Assembly (NCBI GenBank): GCA_043803945.1
Contig: JAZDJN010000051.1
Coordinates: 1-40,053 of the forward strand
DNA length: 40,053 nt
Reading direction: 5' to 3'
Origin: a bacterium
GTDB taxonomy: Bacteria > Bacteroidota > Ignavibacteria > UBA10030
A program made the translations under genes and the position numbers. This document shows, in pieces, positions 26,409-34,189 of the stretch. Every line of letters starts with the position of its first letter. Positions within the stretch are counted from its first letter, which is position 1. The notes beneath the pieces are model-generated. The model worked only from the letters and a program-made list of their open reading frames with translations, was not told where the DNA came from and searched no databases.

Positions 26409-28913
26409 ATGGTTAATTTCAAAAGTCTCGTCAAAAGGAAACGGGTTCTCGATCCGACGAACCTCGTTGGTCTATTCAATTCACTTGATCGTTATGCTTC
26501 ACATACGGAGTTGAGACCAGCTCAAGATCAGGCATTAAAACACCTTACAGATCGGCGATCTGAAAAGGACATCATTCTTAAGATCAGTACTGGTGCTGGT
26601 AAAACAGCTGTGGGTCTTCTCTACCTTTATTCGCACATGACGGAGACCGAGGAGCCCGCATTATATCTTTGCCCAACAGTTCAACTCGTTGAGCAAGTGC
26701 TTGAAGAAGCGGTCAAACTAGGAATTCCAGCGTTCGCCTATCCTGGAAATGAGCCATTTCCAAATCCAGAGGCGGTAGCGGGCAATGCTCTTATTGTATG
26801 TACCTACGCTAAGCTATTCAACGCGAAATCAACATTTGACCGAAGTGATGTTCTTCTGAGGCCAAGAGCCATTGTTCTCGACGATGCACATGCTGGTGTT
26901 GAAGAGATAAGAAACAAATTCACCTTGACAATTGTCGAACCATCACAGGTTCAAGAATTGTTGTCCCTTTTATCTGATCCTTGTCGAACTCTCCGATCTG
27001 GAACTTGGGAGCGAATTCTTGCGGGTGATCCATACTCCTCGCTTGAAGTCCCCTATTGGTTTTGGAAACCGCTTATTCCAGAAGTCGTTAAGAAGCTCTC
27101 CCAGTATGCTGATCATGAATCTTTCCTGTTCGTCTGGCCATTCATACGAGACACACTGCGGTGGTGCCGTTGTATTATCACTGGCCGAGGTATTGAGATC
27201 ATCCCAGAGATTCTTCTAATCCATAAATGTGAGGCGTACGCAAAGGCTAGTCATCGGCTCTTTATGTCAGCAACACTTGCGGATGATTCGGTGTTGATTC
27301 GAGAGATTGGAGCCGATATTGAGGCTGCCCGCAATCCAATTGTTCCGAAGAAAGATTCTGGACTCGGAGAGAGGATGGTTCTTGCCCCATCACTTGTTGA
27401 TAAGAGCCTCAACAGAGAATATGTGATGAAATTGGCTGCCGCCCTCTCCAAGAAAACCAATGTAGTAGTTCTCAGTCCGAGCAAGGACGTAGGTCGTGAG
27501 TGGGAAAGTGTAGGCGCTAAGCTGGTTCCGGGGGACGAGGTGGCTGTCACTATAAGGGACCTTCGTAATCCCAAATCTGGATTCAAGTTCGTCGTATTTG
27601 CGCAGCGCTACGATGGCGTCGATTTGCCTGATAATGCTTGCCGTGTTCTCGTCATAGATGGCCTTCCATTTGGCGAAGGCATCACAGACAAATACGATGT
27701 GAGCCTATCTTCGACCCCAGGAGGAATGCGAAACAGAATAGTCTATCGAATCGAGCAAGGGATGGGAAGAGCAGTACGTTCTCACGTCGACTATGCTGTT
27801 GTTATCCTTGCCGGTTCCGATCTGGCAAACTTCATTGCAAAGAACGAAGTCTTGAAAAACATGAATCCAGGCACACGGGCTCAACTTAAACTTGCAATGG
27901 ATTTGGCCTCCCTTGCCAGAGACGAATCACCACAAGATCCCAGTAAAGCTGTCGTCAGCATGATCAATCAATGCCTCAAGAGAGACGAAGATTGGAAACA
28001 GTACTACGAGGAGAAAGTCCGGAGTGTAAAGCCGCCACACGGAAAAACGGAAGATGCTCGACTCGAACTCGCCTCCGCTGAACGCAAGGCTTTTCATCTT
28101 GCTGATTCAAACAACGCTCGAGAGGCAGTGAAGACCCTGAGAACAACCATCAACAACTTTGAACTCGATGACAGCGATAAAGGCTGGTATCTTCAGAGAG
28201 TTGCAAATTACATGCTTGACGCAAACCCGGAAGAATATCTTGAAATTCAGCAGGCCGCCTATTTAAAGAACAACTCCGTTCTTTGCCCACCAAGCGTTAC
28301 GATTCGGCCTCCCTCACCATCGACTAGCGATATCCATTCAACAATAATTCATTGGCTCAAACAGTTCGGAAATCCAAACGGGGCGATTGCTGCCATCCAA
28401 GATATCCGCGCAAGGTTGTCATACGATGGAAGTCCTGAAACTTTAGAGCAAGCGTTGTCCGATCTTGGCAGATTGGTTGGCGCTCTCACCTTCCGACCGG
28501 AGAAAGAATACGGCAAAGGCCCTGATGACCTTTGGCTCTGGCCGTCAACAAGTTTTGTGATCGAGGCGAAAAACCAGAATCATGAGTCTCTACACAAGAA
28601 GGATGCAGGACAACTTCATCAAAGTCTTCAGTGGTTTTCAGAGAACTACAAGACTAGAAATGGGCAACCAATCGTTGTTGCGAAAGTTGCCCTAGCCGAC
28701 AGGAACGCTGAGTTTCCACCTGACACGAGAGTATTGCTTCCAGCAAAAATGGTTGATCTCCTTAACAATATTGAGGATTTTTATCAGGCTATTATCGGCG
28801 ATTTGCCCTCTTCATTGGACCCCAAGAGGATCATTCAACAACTCCCGCATTTTAATCTTGAACCCGATCAGTTTGTCGGAAAATACACAGTCCGTCTGAC
28901 AGAGAAGAAATGA
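26409..28913 (+). CDS. SF2 helicase fused to a C-terminal PD-(D/E)xK nuclease; Hna-like anti-phage protein
   Basis: LRPAQ, STGAGKT, DDAH, MSAT, YDGVDLP, QGMGRAVR helicase motifs; GPDDLW...VIEAK and Q-L motif at the C-terminus; 834 aa. Confidence 0.8.
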   Translation: MVNFKSLVKRKRVLDPTNLVGLFNSLDRYASHTELRPAQDQALKHLTDRRSEKDIILKISTGAGKTAVGLLYLYSHMTETEEPALYLCPTVQLVEQVLEEAVKLGIPAFAYPGNEPFPNPEAVAGNALIVCTYAKLFNAKSTFDRSDVLLRPRAIVLDDAHAGVEEIRNKFTLTIVEPSQVQELLSLLSDPCRTLRSGTWERILAGDPYSSLEVPYWFWKPLIPEVVKKLSQYADHESFLFVWPFIRDTLRWCRCIITGRGIEIIPEILLIHKCEAYAKASHRLFMSATLADDSVLIREIGADIEAARNPIVPKKDSGLGERMVLAPSLVDKSLNREYVMKLAAALSKKTNVVVLSPSKDVGREWESVGAKLVPGDEVAVTIRDLRNPKSGFKFVVFAQRYDGVDLPDNACRVLVIDGLPFGEGITDKYDVSLSSTPGGMRNRIVYRIEQGMGRAVRSHVDYAVVILAGSDLANFIAKNEVLKNMNPGTRAQLKLAMDLASLARDESPQDPSKAVVSMINQCLKRDEDWKQYYEEKVRSVKPPHGKTEDARLELASAERKAFHLADSNNAREAVKTLRTTINNFELDDSDKGWYLQRVANYMLDANPEEYLEIQQAAYLKNNSVLCPPSVTIRPPSPSTSDIHSTIIHWLKQFGNPNGAIAAIQDIRARLSYDGSPETLEQALSDLGRLVGALTFRPEKEYGKGPDDLWLWPSTSFVIEAKNQNHESLHKKDAGQLHQSLQWFSENYKTRNGQPIVVAKVALADRNAEFPPDTRVLLPAKMVDLLNNIEDFYQAIIGDLPSSLDPKRIIQQLPHFNLEPDQFVGKYTVRLTEKK

Positions 28914-29010
28914 GCAAACGGCATATAACAGCACAAACCACAACACTCGCTCATTTAAGAAGGCTATGTTGATTCTTGGTTTCAGAATTAGTTGTGCTCG
29001 TTCCATGCCG
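28911..29010 (+). mobile_element. attC-like recombination site
   Basis: ATATAAC just after the stop codon; CGGCATATAACAGCACAA pairs with TTGTGCTCGTTCCATGCCG; inverted match to GTTATATGCCATTTGCTCA (26356-26374) at 18/19. Confidence 0.6.
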
Positions 29011-29017
29011 CTGAGTT

Positions 29018-29914
29018 GTGGAGTTTGACGAAGGAAGAATTGAAAGACATCATGGAAAGTTTAAAGGAGATGAAATAGGCTTGGACAAAGAGCTGATCAT
29101 TTTTTGCGATGAATCTGACCGCCGTGGAAAATTCTTTTCAAATTTCTATGGCGGTGTACTGGTCGGCTCCTCTCAGTATGAACAAGCGACACGCATGTTG
29201 AATCAAAAGAAAGAAGAATTGCATTTCTTTGGAGAAGTCAAGTGGCAAAAGGTGAGCGAGCGATATCTCAACAAGTACAAAGCCCTCGTCACCTCTTTTT
29301 TTGATGAGGTCGTATCGGGAAAGATAAAAGTAAGAGTAATGTTCACTCAAAACGCTTACGTTCCCAAAGGCTTGTTGAGAGAACAGGTCGAGATTGAGTA
29401 CTTTTTGCTGTACTATCAATTCATAAAACATGCGTTTGGATTGCAGCACAATCCGTTCAAGGGAAATGGTGTCCGCCTGCGATTATATTTCGACGTGTTC
29501 CCGCACAAGCGTGAAAAGGTAGAACAGTTTAAAGGGTTCCTTCTCGGTTTGGGGAAAAGCGACGCATTCCGGATTGCGGACATTCATCTTCAAAAAGAAG
29601 ACATCGCAGAAGTCCGATCACACGAACATGTTTTGCTCCAATGCCTCGACATTGTATTGGGAGCAATGGCCTTTCGACTCAATGAGAAGCATAAGGGAAA
29701 AATGTCGGGTCAACGTCGGCGGGGGAAGAAAACAGTTGCAAAGGAACAACTCTATCGCCACATCCTGGCCCAAATTAGAAGAATATTTCCAGGATTTAAC
29801 GTTGGTGTTTCAACCGAGATGCGAACAGGCTTTCAATCTTTATGGAACGACCCTTACCGACATTGGCGACTCGTTCCGCGGAATTCGCATTATGATGAAG
29901 CCTTAACGAAGTGA
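29018..29914 (+). CDS. DUF3800 family protein (RNase H-like fold, putative nuclease)
   Basis: N-terminal IFCDES, GEVKW, LYFD, and SHEHVLLQCLDIVLG; probable start is the TTG at 29081. Confidence 0.8.
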   Translation: MEFDEGRIERHHGKFKGDEIGLDKELIIFCDESDRRGKFFSNFYGGVLVGSSQYEQATRMLNQKKEELHFFGEVKWQKVSERYLNKYKALVTSFFDEVVSGKIKVRVMFTQNAYVPKGLLREQVEIEYFLLYYQFIKHAFGLQHNPFKGNGVRLRLYFDVFPHKREKVEQFKGFLLGLGKSDAFRIADIHLQKEDIAEVRSHEHVLLQCLDIVLGAMAFRLNEKHKGKMSGQRRRGKKTVAKEQLYRHILAQIRRIFPGFNVGVSTEMRTGFQSLWNDPYRHWRLVPRNSHYDEALTK

Positions 29915-29922
29915 AAATGGTC

Positions 29923-30070
29923 AAAAAAATAGAAAACCCCGCTTGGCCTACGTAAGTACCTGACGCATGACGTCAAGTTTCGGACAAGCAGGGTTAAACA
30001 ATCTAAACGTGGGCCGACTTTCGTCGTCCCGGGTTAATCCTACTCAGAAGTCGAGCTGCCTTTCGGATTC
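29923..30070 (-). ncRNA. Putative ~145-nt structured ncRNA convergent with DUF3800
   Basis: Own promoter, three stem domains with G-U pairs only on the minus strand, GAAA motifs, closing 11-bp stem followed by a U-rich tract. Confidence 0.72.
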
Positions 30071-30076
30071 GAGTAC

Positions 30077-30105
30077 AATCTACAAACGCCATTCGACAAA
30101 AGCAA
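30077..30105 (-). promoter_or_regulatory. Sigma70-type promoter for the putative ncRNA
   Basis: TTGCTT (30105-30100), 17-bp spacer, TAGATT (30082-30077). Confidence 0.6.
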
Positions 30106-30510
30106 ATATTACTACTAACGGGAAATGAAGAAAAGTGCGGCGATTTCTGTAAATTCATAAACAACATAAATATACATATATATGATCGCCATGCACCACT
30201 TCTGGACTGTAACACATTGAAGAAGTAGCCCTTAAGAGGAATCTAAAAAATGAGCGAGTTCGCAGAGACACTCCAAACAATAATGACGGATAACTCAGCA
30301 TCGTTCTGGATTTCAAACGCCATCATTTGAAATAAATTGACGCAAGATAATATTCATCCTTCGGCTTTGGGCACGCCGTTCAGCTATGGGGATTGAGCAA
30401 GGAAGAAGTGAAAGCAATTTCAACTGGAGGTCATTAGACTTCGATAAAGTCTAAGGGACTCTATCGAGCTGATGAGCCTCTAACTCAAAGGAGAGCATGG
30501 AGGAGATGAG

Positions 30511-31065
30511 ATGAAGGATCTTGTGCCACAAGAAATCATCGAACGAAGGATATTCCTCATTCGAGGACAGAAAGTGATGCTCGGATTACATCTTGCTGAA
30601 TTGTACGGAGTCGAGACACGAGTGCTCATACAGGCAGTGACCCGGAATAGCGAGCGTTTCCCGGAAGATTTCATGTTCCAACTGAGTCGTGAAGAGATAT
30701 CGAGGATATCACAAACTGTGATATCCTTAAAATACTCGAAGAGAGTCTACGCCTTTACCGAGGAAGGAGTTGCCATGCTCTCGGGTGTTCTCCACAGTGC
30801 CCGTGCAGTGCAGATGAATATTGCCATCATGAGGACGTTTGTTAAATTACGGGAAATCTTCAGCACACATAAAGAACTTGCACAAAAACTCATCGAGCTT
30901 GAAGAGAGAATTGAGAGGCACGATGCGGAGATACATGCTATCTTTGAAGCGATCCGTCGGTTAATGCAGCCGCCGGAGAAATCGAGGCGTCAGATTGGAT
31001 TTAAAGTGGAAGAACCAATCGCAAAGTACACTGCACGGAGGAAAAAATCCGCAAAAAGGGAATAA
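30511..31065 (+). CDS. ORF6N domain DNA-binding protein
   Basis: IRGQKVML..LAELYGVET..L.QAV.RN.ERFPEDFMFQL, YAFTEEGVAMLS; coiled-coil tail ending in IGF; GGAGGAG RBS. Confidence 0.9.
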   Translation: MKDLVPQEIIERRIFLIRGQKVMLGLHLAELYGVETRVLIQAVTRNSERFPEDFMFQLSREEISRISQTVISLKYSKRVYAFTEEGVAMLSGVLHSARAVQMNIAIMRTFVKLREIFSTHKELAQKLIELEERIERHDAEIHAIFEAIRRLMQPPEKSRRQIGFKVEEPIAKYTARRKKSAKRE

Positions 31066-31203
31066 GGAATGATTACGGGCGGTTACATTAAGTGATTGTT
31101 TGACAGGTATCGCCAAACCATCCGCTGGGGATCGTTGAATTCGTTTTCAATGTTGCAGAGAGTCTGTCTTACAGCATTCCTAACCAATCGTTCCTGATGG
31201 TTC

Positions 31204-31235
31204 TTCATCCTCTTTTCATCTTAATTGTGTAAAAT
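31204..31235 (+). promoter_or_regulatory. Putative OmpR-family binding box plus -10 element (likely leaderless transcript)
   Basis: TTCATC-N5-TTCATC, 9 nt, TAAAAT, then ATG 6 nt later; same architecture at 36644-36675. Confidence 0.65.
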
Positions 31236-31241
31236 GAATCT

Positions 31242-31919
31242 ATGCGTATCCTTGTTATCGAAGATGATTCGAAAATTGCCGCTTCCATCTCCAAACACTT
31301 GCGCGCCGAAGGGTTTGCCGTCGACATTGCCTCCGATGGGAAAACAGGAGAAGAACTCGCCTATGTGAATACCTACGATGTTATTTTATTAGATGTACTG
31401 TTGCCTCGTCAGGATGGCTGGGTGACATGCCGCAACCTCCGCCGGGCTCGCATTCTGACACCCATTCTCATGCTCACAGCATTAGATGATGTTCAGGATA
31501 AAATCCGGGGCCTGGATGGTGGTGCGGATGATTATCTGGCAAAACCGTTCCACAGCGGGGAACTGCTCTCGCGCATTCGGGCTCTTGCACGGAGACGAAC
31601 AGAAGTTCGATCGTCCATGATTGAATACTCCGGCTTGCGCGTTGATCTTGCCGCGCGCCGAACATATCGAGAGGGAAAGGAAATTCTTCTGACGGCAAAG
31701 GAATTTTCTTTGTTGGAGTTATTTATGATGAATCCCGGAAAAGTCCTTTCACGCGAAACCATCTCCGAACATCTCTGGGATATGAATTTTGAACCGCGCA
31801 GCAACGTTATCGACTCATTTGTCCGTTACCTGCGACAGAAAGTCGATAAGGGATTCGAGACCACGCTCATTCATACGGTCCGTGGTGCGGGATACCTGCT
31901 CTCAGAGAACGAGGACTAA
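31242..31919 (+). CDS. OmpR/PhoB-family response regulator (CusR/CzcR-like)
   Basis: VIEDD, LLDVLLP, GADDYLAKPF, winged-helix IHTVRGAGY. Confidence 0.95.
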   Translation: MRILVIEDDSKIAASISKHLRAEGFAVDIASDGKTGEELAYVNTYDVILLDVLLPRQDGWVTCRNLRRARILTPILMLTALDDVQDKIRGLDGGADDYLAKPFHSGELLSRIRALARRRTEVRSSMIEYSGLRVDLAARRTYREGKEILLTAKEFSLLELFMMNPGKVLSRETISEHLWDMNFEPRSNVIDSFVRYLRQKVDKGFETTLIHTVRGAGYLLSENED

Positions 31920-31922
31920 CTA

Positions 31923-32064
31923 TAGAGCCGGTTGAAAAGTCTGCCACAGAGACACAAAGCTCACTGAGATTGATAATAGTTTGTTATATCCTCAATATTT
32001 CAAAAAGATTATCTCTGTGTTCTCTGTGACTCGGTGGCAAAGTCACTTTTCGACTAGATTACTA
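31923..32064. repeat. MITE-like inverted-repeat element between the response regulator and kinase genes
   Basis: Ends GTTGAAAAGT / ACTTTTCGAC; inner arms GCCACAGAGACACAAAG...GAGAT / ATCTCTGTGTTCTCTGTGACTCGGTGGC. Confidence 0.7.
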
Positions 32065-32084
32065 TCAGAAGACTTCAAAACACG

Positions 32085-33470
32085 ATGATGACGATAAAAA
32101 CAAAAATTATCCTTCTGGTTTCCCTTGTTGTCGGACTCCTGTTCACTGGATTCGGGGTATTCATTTATCATCAGGTACACAATGCCAATCTGGATAAAAT
32201 TGATGCACGCCTTGTCAGTCTCAGTCAACAGATGCGCGATGAACTCGATGAACAAATCGAGAAAAAACGCTTTCCCGACAACGCTGACCTGAAACGACTC
32301 CTGTCTGAAAATCTGTCGAAAAGCTGTATGCGGTTGTATGACTCTTCAGGGAGCATCGTCTATGCCGATTCAATGTTCCGAAGCGAAACCAATACTCTGG
32401 AACCGAAAACTGTAGGCGCGAAACCCATTGTCCAAACAGTAAAACTTCATGGACATCATTACAGAAGTCTCATCCGCACAGTGGAGATCGAAGATAACCC
32501 GCGATGGTTGTTGCAGATAGCAGCACCTCTCTCAGAGGTCGAGGCGAATTTAAACCAATTGCGCATTCTCTTATGGACAACGATCCCGATTGCGTTATTA
32601 CTCTCAGCGTTTCTGGTGAATCTCATTGTACGGCGGGCATTTCGCCCGTTGAGCGCCATGATTGAAACGGCGAATCGAGTCTCTGCTTCGACATTGCATG
32701 AACGATTAATGCTCCCAAAAGGACGCGATGAGGTTGTCCTGTTGGGCATTGCTCTGAACCGGATGGTCGAGCGCCTTGAGGCAGCATTCAAGAGCCAAAA
32801 ACAATTTATCGTTGATGCATCCCATGAACTTCGTACGCCGCTCACGATCGTGCAGTCTGAGTTGGAGTTTGCTAATCGTTCTTTATTGCCGGATGCCGCA
32901 AAGCAGAGCATTAGCATTGCACTCGACGAGCTGGATCATCTTCGGAAGTTGGCAAACGATTTGTTGATGCTCGTCAAGCTGGAGGTTGCAGGTCAGGTGG
33001 TGGAGTGCAGCGCCGTGCGAGTCGATGAGCTGATTACAGATTGTGTGCAAAAGATTTCCCGAATAGCATCTGAGAAACAGGTCGCTCTACACCTTGAAAT
33101 TGCCGAAGCTGTTGAAATGGTGGGAGATGAAGATAAATTACGGAGTGCGTTCATGAATGTACTGGAGAATGCGCTCAAGTATACGCAGGGCGGTGGGAGT
33201 GTCTCAGTCAGGCTTACAACACAGAAGGGGAGTGTGGTTATTGCACTTCAAGATAATGGCATTGGAATTTCTCCAACCGATCTTCCCCATATTTTTAAAC
33301 CATTCTACCGCAGCGCTGCTTCCCGTGCGCAGAATGCGGGAAGCGGACTAGGCCTGTCGATCGCTCAGCGCATCGTCGAGTTGCATGGGGGTACGATTAC
33401 TGTTCAAAGTGATGGTGCCAGTGGATCGACATTTACAATTCAGCTTCCGATGGCAAGAACAGAATCGTAA
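32085..33470 (+). CDS. Membrane sensor histidine kinase (CusS/CzcS-like)
   Basis: Two TM segments, HAMP, DASHELRTPL, NALKY, DNGIG, GSGLGL. Confidence 0.95.
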   Translation: MMTIKTKIILLVSLVVGLLFTGFGVFIYHQVHNANLDKIDARLVSLSQQMRDELDEQIEKKRFPDNADLKRLLSENLSKSCMRLYDSSGSIVYADSMFRSETNTLEPKTVGAKPIVQTVKLHGHHYRSLIRTVEIEDNPRWLLQIAAPLSEVEANLNQLRILLWTTIPIALLLSAFLVNLIVRRAFRPLSAMIETANRVSASTLHERLMLPKGRDEVVLLGIALNRMVERLEAAFKSQKQFIVDASHELRTPLTIVQSELEFANRSLLPDAAKQSISIALDELDHLRKLANDLLMLVKLEVAGQVVECSAVRVDELITDCVQKISRIASEKQVALHLEIAEAVEMVGDEDKLRSAFMNVLENALKYTQGGGSVSVRLTTQKGSVVIALQDNGIGISPTDLPHIFKPFYRSAASRAQNAGSGLGLSIAQRIVELHGGTITVQSDGASGSTFTIQLPMARTES

Positions 33471-33598
33471 GTCCCTTCGTTACACTTTTCCAACTGTTAC
33501 CATATGGCACCGAATGACCTGCGGTGAACTGTGTGAACACCGGTGATCGGGTTGGCAGAATAGTATCCATCGCAGGCATTGGTTTCATAAGAAAGATG

Positions 33599-34138
33599 TT
33601 ATTTCTTCTTTTCCTTCTTTTCTTTCGATTCTTTTTCTTCCTTTTCTTCCTTCTCTTCCTTTCCCTCTTTTTTCTTTTTGGATACGATAGAGCCATCAGG
33701 ATTCAGAACGACCTCATACTGCTCCTTTTTCACAGTAACCACAAGCTCATATTGAACTGTAGCGTCTTTGGTAACCTTCTCTGTGGTAGAGATCTTTGCT
33801 TTTGGAAATTCTTTCGCGATGGTTTTTCGGACCGCATCTGGCAAGCTGGCGTATGGAAGAGTTTCTTCTGCTGATATCATGCTTCCGTCAGATGAGTAGG
33901 TGATGTCGCGTTTGATTTTGCCTTCAGTGCTTTCGATTTCATACACCGTAGCGTCCTTTTCTGTTTCCTTCGAATATCCCTTGATTGTTGCCTTGGGATA
34001 CGCTTTCTGGAATGCATCGAGAATTGCTTTTGGTACATCCTTTTTCTTTATGGACTGTTCCTGGGAAAAACTGCTGCCGGCAAGAACAACGCAAAGAAGA
34101 AGTGTTACGAGTGTAGCGAACCGGAATCGTGTGGCCAT
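33599..34138 (-). CDS. Exported PepSY-like/BLIP-like (DUF2874-type) protein with a K/E-rich tail
   Basis: Signal peptide; two repeats (VPKAILDAFQKAYP..YEI..DG; LPDAVRKTIAKEFP..YEL..DG). Confidence 0.75.
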   Translation of the reverse strand: MATRFRFATLVTLLLCVVLAGSSFSQEQSIKKKDVPKAILDAFQKAYPKATIKGYSKETEKDATVYEIESTEGKIKRDITYSSDGSMISAEETLPYASLPDAVRKTIAKEFPKAKISTTEKVTKDATVQYELVVTVKKEQYEVVLNPDGSIVSKKKKEGKEEKEEKEEKESKEKKEKKK

Positions 34139-34189
34139 GGTTGTGGTACCTTTCATTGAGTGAATGTGGTTGTTTGTTGTGAAGCCTTA

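Noticed and set aside
29946-29984. Hammerhead ribozyme (GAAAC-stem-GUA on the minus strand)
   Set aside because: The stem III-like half is present, but there is no correctly placed CUGANGA core or stem I.
33433-33874. Highly basic or Phe/Leu-rich small ORFs
   Set aside because: Alternative-frame and antisense readings of the K/E-rich tail of the PepSY-like gene.
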